A stretch of DNA of 60,184 nt, the filler included, from Sphacelaria rigidula (taxonomy: Eukaryota): assembly GCA_964200075.2 (NCBI GenBank). It is 6 parts of 6 records of this genome, joined end to end, with 100 filler letters (N's around TTAATTAATTAA, not from the genome) between each part and the next. Parts side by side here need not be neighbours in the genome. Positions count along the whole stretch, not along the records: positions 30,145 to 40,091 come from CAXNAA020007436.1; positions 40,192 to 50,138 come from CAXNAA020007437.1; 4 more parts are not named here. One strand, written 5' to 3'. Both the position numbers and the translations under genes were made by a program. Positions 33,701-47,100 of this stretch are shown piece after piece (the stretch's first letter is position 1; each line of letters opens with the position of its first letter). The notes below the pieces were generated by a model. The model did not search any database. It worked only from the letters and a program-made list of their open reading frames with translations, and was not told the DNA's origin.

Positions 33701-36700
33701 TTAAGGTCGTCAAATATTTACGTGTGTAACATACGGCACGCTCTTTGCTCATTGCAATCAACACGATCGCCACCAACGATATGGTTTCCCACCGTGTTTG
33801 CCGCATTTCCACACTACCGAAAATAAATGCCCACGCGGCTGAGTGTTGTCGTCGCAGAGTTCAGGCTGATGTATGCGACAGATCATGCTTCCCTTGGAAA
33901 TCCGACAAGGAGTACGATACAACGCTGACCTCCTGCGGGGGTACAGCTGGTGTAATGGCGTCAGTAGTGCACCAGCTCTTGATACGCTGGAGTCTGAAAA
34001 ATCTTTAGGGCACTTCTTATTGTAGTTGAGCATTCATTACAGGTCCTCAGTTGAATTGTAACCTTCATATGGATGCCCCGACTCTCACCAGGTGGCGACG
34101 GTTCACCTAAGGCGACTCCTGCGGTCGTCCAGTCCCCTCCTGGCATGTGAAGTAGCAGCTGTTCGAGTTGGGCTGGGGAATCTCGAGAATGCAAGTCGAC
34201 CGAGGTTCTCCGTCCCCTCATCGCCCAGACAACGCACGGGAGTACCACACCCGCAGCCAGACACAGTTGAACTTTGTCCCGAGAGCATTCCTGACTACCT
34301 AGCGGAAGGGGTTGAGGCCGCGGGTGGCCGAATGCCGTCTAGAGGACAGATATTCTCTTCACTTCGACATTTTCTGCACGCTATACACACCTGCCCTACT
34401 GCTTCTGCTGCGTGGCTCAATGCTGCAGAGGTGTGAGATTGGCACGGGGGTTGACATGTGCATATGGTATTGTTTACGCATAGCGACCTCGCCTAGGCTG
34501 TGGGATCTCTGGTGCTATCCCTCGCGACTGTTTAGCGCAATCCTAGTGCTCTCTCTGGACGTCAGTAACTGTGTACGCAAGCGAAGGAAACTTCAACCCT
34601 ACTCCCCTCCGTAGTCTCGTGCTTGTAGTCACTGTAACTATGGTTGGAATGCATTAACTGTAGCATTCAAAATCTTGCGTTCCAACCACGTTTGTTTGAA
34701 ACTAGAAAATCCCTCTTCCCGCTTTTTGCCGGCAATATATTCAAGCGCAGGTTCTGGCGTCAATATCGGAAGATAAAGTCTGCTTGCCGTCTCGTGGCTC
34801 GGATCACATTCCATCAGTATTACGGGCTCGAACGTCTGCACACGTTGCGGATGGGGCACAAACAGAATCATTGGCTCTCGTTTCCGCGGTCACCGCAATG
34901 ACCCCGCGACACGCCGTCGCATTACGCTGCCATTCCACCGCCCTGGCGTCGGTCGGCCAAATCCCGCAAGCTCTCGCTAAGGCTGATCAGGCAGTTGCCG
35001 TCGCACGAGATGTCGACTGCGAAAGGAACGTAACGCACGCATGGAACCATAATGAGAGTAACCGCCAGGGGATGTCGATGCCGATAGCCGCCGAGGAAGC
35101 AGGGGGCGGTGGTTTAGTTCCTACAAGCATAGCGACAAATGGAGTGGCCGAAATCACCTCCTGGTATCCTTCTCGGGCGATTGGTTTCATGCAGAGTGCA
35201 AAAACATCCCCAAGTATGGGCGGGCTTCTCCTATCTGGAGGCGACAGGCCCACCATGCTAGACCTCGCCAAGGGTCTTGTTCTGAGAGGCTGCCTACAGC
35301 AGAAGCTGGATCGGAGGGTGTCAGCCCAGGAGGATTACCACCACGCTCTGGATGTCTGTCAGCGTGCGTTAGGATATGAAGGGAGTAGCCATTCCGACAC
35401 CAGCAGCATCAGAAATGACGTGATTGATGAATCGGAATTCTACGAGTCCGGAGGATCCAAGAGCAATCCGCGGGGGGCTTCTGACGATAATAGTGGAGGA
35501 AGATGTTGTCAGAGCGAACATGTTGATAAGGTTTCTCTCCCCGCTGAGATCTGGAAGATTAAGGCAATGATTCATCACAACTTGGTCACTCTGCACGTGG
35601 CTGCCTTGCGACTCGGGGACCTTCGTTCTGCATTCCATAAGGTTCGACAGAACAATTCTACAGGGGTATTGTATCGAAGACGAGGTTGTTCATGCCCAGT
35701 AGATGCAGACCATACCTCTAGTTGCTTCTTCAACGTACACTGATACGAAATATTGCATGTGCCACACACTTGCCGCCGAGCCGCGGTACTCTAATGATGC
35801 AACCGATGCCATCATGTCGAAAAAGTACCGCTTTGATCCCCTGAGGGTGCCTTTGGTTCTTCTCTGATAAGTATCTCATTTCCGTCGGTCAAACCGTGAG
35901 GATACAAGCAGCAGAAAGGTTTATTTGGCGAGAGTTGACTCAGTGTGGGAGTGCTGATTCAATCTGTGATGCCGACTTGTAAGGCGCGTGTCGGGCGAGA
36001 GACGGGGTGATCCCTTGAGACCACGGGTTTGTCCGGAGGAGGTGGAGGGTTTACAGGTGTAGCAGCAACAAAAAAGAAGCGCAGCATGCAACATTAGCGC
36101 ACTGAGCGCAACACCGGCTCAAGAAATAAGTAAAACATCCCAATATCTCGAAAACATACCGCCTGGAAAGTAGGGTATCCCACAGGAGCGTGACACAAAT
36201 ATCTGTTGATGTGCGAAATGTCTTTGATGATACGCTCCGTACCTGTCCAAGAACCGCAACGACAGAGCATTCGCTAGTGCTATGAATTACGCCTGCACCC
36301 AACCCGCTTCGTGCTGTTTCCTGCCCTCATGTCTACTGTACTTTCTGGCCGTCTCAAGGACGCCGCGTTCTGTGAAGCTAACGAGTTCATAGCGTGCGAA
36401 CATGTTGCAGCAGATTTGGCGCTCCGCCCGCGAAATAATCACCACCGAGGAGACCACCAGCACGAGCAGCATCGGCAGCACCACCAACGCTGGTGGCATC
36501 TGACCGTTCTGGCCGTAGCACGCATCATGTCAACGGTCGACGGCCTGGTAGCCATACCTCGGGAGGGGAAGCAGCAATTTACCGAAAACCCTGGCCGAGA
36601 CGGCCGAGTCATGCTCGGGTCGGCAGAGGCCGCTGCGATTGCCGCACTGGATGCTAACAACAAGGACTATGGAAGCAGAACTCTGCTGGCTTCACCACCT

Positions 36701-37126
36701 GAACAAGAAGCAATAGGTGGAGTCAATCTTGCGGGTGGGAGCGCTCGCGTCCGAGCGTTGTTGGCCATCCGCGTCAATCTCGCAGCGGCAGAAAAAATGG
36801 GGGCGAAAAATGCTGTCGGGACCAGCCGAGGCAGCATCAGCCGATACCCCGAAGGAGGGGGGGGGTTGGCTCGCGCGATAGAATGCATGAACGCCGCTAT
36901 CGAGCTTGATCCAAGCCTGCCAGAGATGTATGTTGAGAGGGGCGGCTTGCTAGCTAGACTTGCTACCGTAGACGCCAGCGATGATAATGTTGGTGGAAAT
37001 CTTTATATTGCACGGGCGGCGGCCGATTTTGCAACGGCGTTGCGGCTGGACGGAGACATTCGGCGATATCGGCCCGGGTTCAGCAGATCAATGTCGTGTC
37101 TCTCAGATGTTGAAGTGCGCGAATAA
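30751..37126 (+). CDS. TPR-repeat protein, 3' part (exons 30751-31662, 32314-32526, 33294-33599, 34092-34430, 34751-35641, 36278-37126; extra exons possible)
   Basis: All listed exons are AG/GT-bounded and phase 0. TPR-like helices include ADAYMLRAEIELRLGRKDRSIVDFEAA, AEYNLGVAAATAGDLTLAEEAFTQAL, CIANRGLVRFALGSFGASIQDL, LVLRGCLQQKLDRRVSAQEDYHHAL and AIECMNAAIELDPSLPEMYVERG. Confidence 0.8.
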
Positions 37127-37369
37127 TCGTCACAAATTCGATAGTTTTGTCTCGCCTAATGTAGATGTACAGTGCTGTCGTCATTTTGGCGGTGCAACCG
37201 TCTTCAGTAGTAGTCACGATGGGATTGGAACGGCTTACCCTTACGAAGCCTGGATCCGTCGAAGGAAGGAAATGCGACACGGCGACTGAGCTGAGGTCCA
37301 TGCCTATCGAGAGTGTCTGGACGGTGTGCAGTCAAGCGGAGGGGGGAGGGGGGGGGGGGGTGACGTTAT

Positions 37370-37635
37370 GACTCTACGCGGGACCAGGCTCGCCATCAAT
37401 CACCAGACGCGAAGCGCCGTGGTGTATTCACGAGTCGCACGAGGGGTGAGCTGCTAAGATTGCTCGGTCCGAAGCGTACTGATTATCTTGCATATGAATC
37501 ACAGTATCGAATGAGTTCCGTAATTTTCTGCTGTCGCCACTTACAGAGACAGCCACGAGTTTCACCGCCTCATGGGTGTTTCACCATATCGACCCTACGT
37601 AGTACGATCATCCAACAGAGTGCCGGGGACAGGGG

Positions 37636-37690
<55 letters not shown>

Positions 37691-38520
37691 CATGATCATG
37701 CATGCCATGGTCATAAGACGATTGACCTCGCATCCCTACAAAGCCGGGATGGAGCACGCCGTGTTTCGCCGGACCAGCCTCGCACTCAAACCACCAAACG
37801 CGAAGCGCCGTGGTGTGTTCGGCGAGTCGCACGAAGGGTGGGCTGCATCCTGCTAAGATTGTTTGGCCCAAAGCCTACTCATTATCTTGCATTTGGATGA
37901 CAGCCTACAATGAGTTGCTTTATTTTCTGGTATCGCCATTTCCTGAGACAGCAACGGCTTATACACTGCCTCATGGGTACCTCACCATTTGGACTACGTG
38001 GTACGATCATCCCCATTATGCGGAGTTGAGGTTCTCCCACGCCGCACAAGATGACTAGCTCCACTACCATCATGGTTATCGCAAAAACACGCAAGCGCGC
38101 AGAAACAAATCGGTAACTTGGTTGCCGAGTCTCCGTAGTGAGTGGCGTGTTTTGTAGCATCATCGCCAACCGACGCCAACCCCATCGGGGGTCCGCCCCT
38201 ACAAAGCCGGGACGGAGCACGCCGGGTTCTCGCCGGATCAATACAAGGGGGAGACGGGTGGGGGGGGAGGGGGGTATACTCATGGTCATGCATGCCATAG
38301 TCATAAGAACATTGCCGGGGACGGGGAGGGGGGGTACAAGGGTTGTCCTCATGATCCTCTATGTCGTAGTCGCAAGACCACAAGACCTCGCACCCCCACA
38401 CAGACGAGACGGAGCGCGCCGGGTTTCGTCGGACCAGGCTTGCAATCACCAAGCACGAAGGGCCTTCATGAGTTCGGCGGTCATATAAAGGGTGGTCCGC
38501 ATTCTACTAAGATTGTTCGG
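37370..38520 (+). repeat. Cluster of a dispersed ~360-400-bp repeat family (other copies 49203-49560 and 30145-30212 inverted; fragments about 24040-24080, 24265-24335)
   Basis: Shared core CATGATCATGCATGCCATRGTCAT..GACCTCGCATCCCTACAAA..CGAAGCGCCGTGGTGT..GAGTCGCA..AAGATTG. Confidence 0.85.
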
Positions 38521-38530
38521 AGCGCGCACG

Positions 38531-38576
<46 letters not shown>

Positions 38577-39054
38577 GGATGGAGTCGGCAATCAACTCTC
38601 CACAACCGTCGCTTCGAGATCAGGATTCCTCGGCTACCGATTGGCGCTGTCGTCAGACGCCGGGAAGCAACGAACATGGTACATGGTGAACAAAACTTGT
38701 TCATTTCTCGGCAAAATCCAGGGGAAAATATGGCATTGATCGGGAAATATTCATAAAAAACAGAATACATGTGGCATCTAGGATATCAAGTTCATCGGGG
38801 ATGTGGACATCCATCTTGGATGTCCATCTGAGATCATATGGGATGTTCACCGAGGAGATCCATCTATGAAATGCTCATATCCGAGACGGATATCCCAGAT
38901 AGAAGTGACATCTTAGATGGACATCCCAGGTAGCTGTTCAAATCTCAGACGAATATCCAAGGTGGACATTATTATCTTAGAATAATGTGTCAGGTGGGTA
39001 TGGTACACCTCATGAATATCCCAGATGGATATGATATCCCCCCCCCAAAATATA

Positions 39055-39143
39055 TCCTGTGCCGGCCTTCCTCCTGTGTGATCCCGGCTGATGCACCTAC
39101 AATATACGGAAAGTATAAACTGGCGTCTAGAATGAATGGGATG

Positions 39144-39176
<33 letters not shown>

Positions 39177-39180
39177 CAGA
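39055..39180 (+). mobile_element. 5'-truncated copy of the SINE (3' end with (ACA)n tail)
   Basis: TGTGTGATCCCGGCTGATGCACC..CTGGCGTCTAGAA..ATGGGATGACAACAAC matches the SINE 3' end. Confidence 0.75.
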
Positions 39181-39837
39181 GAGAGAGAGAGAAAAAAACG
39201 GTCACCTGGGAGGTAACATGCTAGATGGGTATCCACGCGGGATATGAACGTCCCACCTGGAATATCAGGTGCTTTGAGGATATCCACCTGGCATATATAT
39301 GGACATCTCAAAGGAGATAGTGTATATGGATGCTCCAGACAGCTTTCTTTCGCCATGCACATCCCAGATTGATGTTTATATCCCAGACAGATTCGATGTC
39401 CCAAATAAAATGGAGGTTGCATGATAATGCTCGATGATTGATTGTCGCATATTAACTGATTCGCGAGGGACCCAGCTGCGGCCACAGGATAGACGTACAA
39501 AGGTGAACGATAGAAACGCTTGGTGGAGAAGAAAAGTGGGGAAAACGAAAAGAGAGGAAAAAACGAACAATAACAAAGCCAAGCAGGAAAATTGAGTGCA
39601 ATTTGTCTCTAACGCAAAGCCGCGAATAATAATAATATGAAACAACGGGGAAAAAGAATCACTGAGAGTAACCGACAAACGAAAGAAGGGCGTCGATATG
39701 GAATGAAGGCTAAGAATTTCCGCCGATGTCTACTGATAAAAAACGCACGAAATCCACCGCTTTCTCCACCCAATATTGAGACTCATTCACCAAACGATGG
39801 CCCAAAATGACGGCGGAAGTAAGATCGACTGCAAGAA

Positions 39838-39935
39838 GCCAACAGCGGAGAGGGTGCGACGAACGTTGTGGGGAATGTGGTACGCGGATGATGGCACGGG
39901 CGAACGCTCGAGTTCCCCTGATGGGATTGCTAGGA
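39838..39935 (+). mobile_element. Small RTE RT fragment (YADD motif)
   Basis: ERVRRTLWGMWYADD..SSPDGIARM. Confidence 0.65.
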
Positions 39936-42813
39936 TGTGCAGCGGCGTGCGTGACGAGATACAGGCGGCGGGGGTACGTGAGGCTTGAATTCCCCCACCC
40001 GTGTAGTCATTGTAATGCGTGAGAGGACCGCGTGCTTAAACAGCCAATCATCTATGTTGAGGATGGTGCTTTTGATTGAGGATGAGAACCCNNNNNNNNN
40101 NNNNNNNNNNNNNNNNNNNNNNNNNNNNNNNNNNNTTAATTAATTAANNNNNNNNNNNNNNNNNNNNNNNNNNNNNNNNNNNNNNNNNNNNGCCGCTAAC
40201 CTACTAATCGAGGGATGAGGAAGGAGAGAGGTAAAAAAAAGAAAGAAGGGGGGGGGGGGGGGGGGGGGGGGGGGGTGAAGGTGCAGCGCAGCCGCTGCTG
40301 TACCGCACCACTGACACCTCCACGACACGCAGCGAACCACGTCAACTCCTTGGGGGGGAGGGTACAGTAAATATCGGCCGACACAGAGTGTCTAGCATAG
40401 GATCGAGAAATCCAACACAAGAGGAGTAGTTGGGGGGGAGGCATGAAATGCTGGCAACGCATGCTAGTCGCCAGCCTCCGCTGCTTTATTCGCTGTACCC
40501 GTACCAATAATTGCCGTTGCGCCGAACAGCTGGCGGCGGGGCTCCTGTACGAGCCCATTATTTGAGCGAGATTAAATACAGAAGTATTGTGAACTGTGTT
40601 GCAGTGAAAATACGTGTTGACTGTAGTATACCACCCTCCTACCTCTTGCTTTTGAAAGCAAAATGGCTCAACTTTGCAGCACCCGATCTGATTTCTTGAA
40701 CCCGAAATAGCAGGGGCGGGCATGGCGCATTTTTAGGTCCTCCTCGTGCAAAACCTCCTTTTACTCCCCCCTGGCGTTGAAGAAAGGCAGTTTTGTACTC
40801 GTGTGGCATTTCACTCATTCCATATATATACATTCAAAATTCGAGTCAAGAAACTCATTTTTGCTCCCCACCTGACTTTTCAGACTGGCTATTCGGAGAA
40901 AAAACGGCGCTGTCCTTATCCGTTGTCCCCAACCCTCCCCCACTCCTTACACGGCGTCGACAAAGCGTATTATTGCACACCCATGGCGTCCCGATAAACA
41001 TGACACGGCGCTCTCCTTGCCCTGTAGCTGTTGATCCGATCCGCCGATTGGCCAAACTAGGCGACGTCTATTTGTGACAAACGTTGTCTGTCCTTACCAG
41101 GGCAAAAAGTGGTCATTTTTCCGACGAAGCATTCAAGCATATGGACTGGTTTTCATTTTCCATTTCAGCTTACCTTCCTCTGAGACAGGTCTTAACAATT
41201 CTCCCAGGAGCCATACCCCCCACCCCCCCTCCACGATATTTTGGTCGAGTTGTTTTTCTCCATAGCTCCGCGGGGCTCCTATTCCTCGGGCACTCTCAGC
41301 GTGCTTGTTCAGGACACTTTTTCGCTTGTCACCGATATGAGCTCTGCAAGCGCCCACATTTTCTGGATAATACACTCAGTACAGCTGCAATTTGGCGAGA
41401 ATAATAACAGGAACACTCGTAGCCCCCCTCCGCTCCTCTCCTGTGTGGCCAGTTTCGGGCGGCCTCGGGCTTTGAGTCCCGACGAAATGGACTACAGCCT
41501 CTCGTCTCTCCCCGAAAGTTGGAAATCGAAATAGAACACTCAACCAAGATTGGTATACAGATAGCCGGTGGCGGTAAACCTCGTATTAAGTGGGTAAAGT
41601 CGCGCCTTCGTCGCCAGTTCCAGTTTAACGGACAGTATAACCTGATCCAGTTCACAGCCCTACTTGGAGACACTTTGGTGAATATTTTTTGCCCTCGAAC
41701 TCATGGAGGAAAATCACGATGGTTCGACATGACTTCTTTTTCTCAATCCCTCAGCTATTTTCCACACCGAATTTAACGTCTGACTTATCAAATCGAGGGG
41801 AAAATAGACCTGCAACGTACAGATCTTCTCCCAGGGTGGCCCAGCTCGTACAGGGGCAGAGATGAGCTGATTCCTTGAGACTAGCGACTCGTACCGAGAA
41901 ATAGAGAAATGGGGAGATGTCAAAAGCATGACCTGAGAAGAGAACCACCATTAAATTGTCGTTCGAAAAGGATCTGTGCTGCCACGTCGGGTTTCTCGCC
42001 ATCACGTTGTTCTGGCGGCCCTCGTTTGGTTTCTCGGTAGGAAGGGTGCACCGGACATTGCTGCACATCCAGTGCAGTGATCAACAAGGTTAAAAAGACG
42101 AACGAGTCATGCAACGCTAGGGGTGCACGCATGTTTCCTGGGCCGGCGTGCTGGAGTTAGATCTAGACTCCGGCGCACTTGCACTCGTGCCGTTGGTGCC
42201 CGTTTAAACGAGACCCCTACCATAGCGTAATTCACCGCCGTTTTTTTCGATGTGACGTTTGCAGTGAATACGCCGAAAAACACCCGAAATGTTGTTGTTA
42301 CTGCAGAATTTAGAGGAGTCCTCAGCGTGGTGTCGGAAAGTTTTTGGTCACATTCCCCACCGCCATCGGCCATCGGCCATCGACCGCACGTATTCAACCG
42401 CAACTCCTGGATATTCGAAAGGAAAGTGAAATTCATGGCCTAGAGTCGAGGACTGACCGCGTTCAGGCTGGAATGCACAAAATGCGTTGAAACCTTCATC
42501 ATGTCCTTGTCGCTTCCGGTCGCATTGGAAAAGTAGCAGAATGCGGACGACTTTTTGTGCGTCCTTCCGTCATACTTTCAGCCTCCCCCGCGCGCGCGGC
42601 TCGTGAGGCGGCCCCGCTAGAGGCGCCGCTGGAGGCGCCACCGGAGGCGAGGAAATTGGGATACATGGCTTCATTTGATATTCGCATCGAGATTGGCGTA
42701 ATCAAGGTCTCCTATCCCAGGTTGAAACGTGCTCAGATTTGGCAAAACCCGGTAGTCAGCACACGTTTGACCGTTTTGTCGAAATGGTTCCGATACGATA
42801 TCGAAGACTGGAT

Positions 42814-43178
42814 GCCGGTCGCCCCGGTGGCTCAGTTGGTAACCTCCTAACCTTCTGATGGTTGAGTTGTGGGGTTTGATTGCCGGAGCGATCTGGGATT
42901 TCTTCTTACACCATGCCCAACAGTAGTGGAGAGCAACTATGTAGTGGGTACACAGAATTCGACTTGACGGTCGACGAGGGAAAGGGACCGCTGAACCCCC
43001 CTCGCGATCAAAAATGAAAGGCAGGCACCCCAGAAGGAAGGTGGGGTACTAAAAACAAATGAAGAAAAAGCCCCTGTGTTGACCTTCCGCATGTGTGACC
43101 CCGGATGATGCGCCCACATATCCCGAAAGGGGTAGACTGGTGCCCAGAATAGATGAGACGACAACACACACACACACA
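42814..43178 (+). mobile_element. tRNA-derived SINE copy
   Basis: GCCCCGGTGGCTCAGTTGGTAACCTC head, same body and (CA)n tail. Confidence 0.88.
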
Positions 43179-44158
43179 GCAGGGGTGCGAGATGGCTGGT
43201 CATATATCACGGTGGCATGCAAGATCATCACACCCTGGACAGTACATCACGTTGTCGAAAAGTGTACTGCGTGAAGTGTGGAATCTTTTGTCTCTTGAGA
43301 CGCAAAAGTCGAGACTGTTCACAGTACACTTTTTGACAAAGTCATCTTTTTTTCTATTGATAGGGGTGTGAACATCATGAGTACACCCTTCCCATCCTCT
43401 TCCGGACGACGAGTCCTTGGTCTCAGGGGATCAACCCAGCTCTCGCCCGGTATAGAACACGCCTTGTACTTCTGGTATCGCGAATTGGAGCGGCAATACT
43501 TTTGCACCGCGTGGGCTCTCGCCCAACGTTTCTTTTTCTATTCGCGCTCGCCCGTTTTCAACGACGGGGAGAAAGAAGCACATTTCCTTTGTCGAAGAAA
43601 AGGTTTTTTGTGTCCTGTCTGAAATCGAACCCTCAAGCCTTCTGCGCCCTTACTGGCTTCAAAATGTTCCGTGTTGGATTTGAATCGTCGGGGCCCGGCA
43701 ACAAAGTGTAAGTCTGAATAAGGCTTCTCGACGGGGCATGTACCGCGTAGATGATGACATCTAAGCCCCAGGTTCCCATTAATTAAGGAACACCCCGGGT
43801 TGTGTTCACCTGTACATATTTTCGAAAGAAGCCGAACACTGTTTTTCCAGATTGTCTACTTGGCAAAAAACGAAGTGAAAAAAAAAAAACATCGTTTTTC
43901 GACTTTTTCATATTTGTTCTTTCGTGTGTGTTTTTTCAAATGCCCTTCGCCCATAACGCTCTTCCCCCCCCTGCCTGTTACATTTCGCAAAAAACAAAGA
44001 GTAACAACAAATATTGTTCTTTTTACAGTTGAATTGTTCTTGTGTTTTTTTCGTTTTCGCTCAAATGCCCTTCGCTCATCAACCCCCCCCCCCCCTCCCC
44101 CACCCCCGCTGTATCCCCCGCTGTCTGTAAATTTTGTGATGTCCTCCCCCTACAACAG

Positions 44159-47100
44159 CAATGCGGGCCATGTTCGACCCGCCGGACCCGCTTGACTTTA
44201 AGAAGCCCGTGGGTAAGCGTAAGCCTCCCGCTGTGGATGGGATTTCGGCGCTGATCAAGGCGGAAAAAGGCTTGTTTGAGAAGGGTCCGCCACCTCCCAA
44301 GGACGAATACGAGACCCCACGCCAGAGGCACGCGAGGGTTGCAGCAGCCAAGAAGGAGGTATGCATAATACATTGTCGAACCGAAGTAATTTAAACGAAA
44401 AATAAAAAAAAGAAGGAATGAGAAAGAGAGAGGTGGGAGGGGGGGGGGGGACAAAAGCGAAAGTTTACGTGTACATTTTTTTTTCCAAGTCGTTCTGGAG
44501 TTTTCCGTTGTATTTTGTTTCAAAGGAGTGAGCGAGCGCTCCTCTCGAAAATATTTTCGATCTTGAGCGTTTATTGCTTCCACATACAAGGGAAAAAAAC
44601 GTTCGTGGCTGCACATGGTGTACATGATAACCACCTCTGTACGAGCCGTCCGGTCATTCCGGCTCTGTCAACCCCGGGATTATCATCCTCCACTCCCCAC
44701 ACCGGGCTCTTGTTTTGTTTTGTTTTTTCCTCAAAGGAAGGAGGAAACCTGACCCAACACTTGAACCGCGAGCGGGTTCCTGTCCCGATTACCCGGAGGC
44801 TCGGCTAGACGGGCTTTGGCGATGTTCCTCTCTGTCGGTGCTGGTACCCGTCGCCCACCACGTGTCACTTCATTCCTTGTCCGAAGCCTTACTGCCTCTG
44901 ACAGGCTTTACCTACTCCAAGCCCACATCGCGTTCCCCCTTCTCCGTCTACACCGGGTGTTGTGTTGTGTTGTGCTTTCATCCCATCTATTCTGGACGCG
45001 AGTCTACACCTTTCGGTGTGTGTGGGGGCCACAGCCGGGGTCACACCGGAAGAGGATCAACGCGAGAGAGGTCCAGCAGTCCCTTTCCTCGTCAACTGTT
45101 TAGTCGAATTCTGTGTACCCACGACATGGTCGCTCTCCACTGTTGGGCATGGTGTGAGAAGAAATTTAGATCGCTCCGGAAATCAAACCCCACAACTCAA
45201 CCATCAGAAGGTGACGAGGTTACCAACTGAGCCACCGGGGCGACCGGTTCGGACATGATAACCCTTTGGGCATCCATTGACGATTTTTGTTTTCATGAAT
45301 CGGCATCAATTTTGACTTGAAAATGACCAATATACGATGTCAATTCACAAGAACAAAAATCGTCGATGGATCCCGAAAGGGTTTACCCCCCTTGAACTGC
45401 GATGCGTGTAGCCCATCTGGATCACGCACACTTATTGCATGTGAGTATTGATGCCAATTCAGCGAGTGACCTACCCTCGCGGTCAAAGGGTTGAGAGTGG
45501 TGCACCGTTTCAGTGTTCTGCGTCATCAACAGTTGCAAATAAAGAAGCATATCTTGCCCAACAAGACGTCACTTTTAAATCGTCACTAATCCACGGTTCG
45601 GACGAATGATCGCCGGTTCGAATAACTTAGTTGACGATTTTTAAGGCGTGATTGCTCGAGAAAGAGAGGAGAACGTTGACCGCTGGTCAAGAAGGTCCTC
45701 ATGCAACTTTTGCGCCATTCCACGTCCGCAGGCCGCGTGTACCCGGGTTGCAACGCTGAAATCAAAGCCGAAGGATTCATTCGTCCGGTACAAATCAAGT
45801 AATTACCAGACGAATCATTGATTCGTTTGACCCTTGCACTCTTCCATCAATGGTTCCCAAAGGGTTTCCGCTTTTTTTAATACCCCGAGTGTCAGCCGGT
45901 GTACCCTGCGGCGCTCCACCTTGCTATACTCTAGACGTCCTCTGTTCCGGGTAAGAGACCGCACGCACCGACCACGGGGTGCTGTTTTTACGCGGGGGGT
46001 TTCTTCAGGAAACTGCGGCGCATTCAAAGCAAAGGGTTTGAGTCGGTTTGGAAGAAACGGCTTTTTTTTTCAGTGAAATTGATGAGGTTCTCTTCATTTG
46101 TACGAAGTAACATGAACGTGGGCAATTGCGGCGCAAAATTGTACTTTTTTTTGCTGCAATTAATTAGTCTAATAGTGACCGCATATACAGGAAGTAGTCT
46201 TGCAAGGCGGGGTAAGTCTTGGCGCAATCGTGAGACGAGGTTGTTCACCGACGTGATGGAAATCGAATGCGTGTAAGGTGCATGCGGAAGAGTTGAAGGA
46301 GGCTATAGCGGCGTGGAGACCCAAGGACAACAGCAGGGCCACGGAGGACGCCTACAAGACCCTGTTTGTGGCGAAGATTAGCTACGACACTACGGAAAAA
46401 AAGGTAAGCCTTCCTACGATAGCCCCCCCCCCACCAAGAAGAAGAAACGTGGCTGGTTTGGAAAGGCAAAATCTACAGATACACACGAAGTAAAGAAGGC
46501 CGAGCACGGCGAACAGCTGGGAATTCCCAAGCTTGGATTTGTTTTCGCCAATGTCGATCATATGAGGCGCTTCATGCCAGCCTAGAACCAAGCATCAGGC
46601 GCTGTATGGCCATGTTCTTCATGAAAAATTTGGATGTTTTTTTCGGGAAGGGGGCGGGTGGTATCGTAGAAGCTGTCAGGTACCCCCCATTGTACCCACG
46701 ACTACGCACGTCGGATAGGTAATGAGCTACCTAAAATACCTAATCGAAGGAATGCTTTCAGACCCGTTGGTCCAAAAACACAAGATACGTCACAGCAGGG
46801 TCCGAGAAGCCAGAGCACTACCTTTTGCGCTACTCCACATGCCGGGCGTCCACCGCTATTGGAGGGAGGAAATATGGAAAGGGGGGCGAGGGCGGGGCGA
46901 TGCGCTTACTCTTGATCCGGATTAGTACACTGTTATGATAAGAAATAGTACTCAGTTAGCTCGTCAGCTATCCGACGTGTGAAACTTTTTTTTTTTCTCC
47001 CGAGATTTTGACATGTTACATGTTTGAAATGAATTGGCTTGTTCGCGTTCTCGGCGCATTGCACATTGGATGCACGTCACGGGGAACGTGGCGTCGTCGC

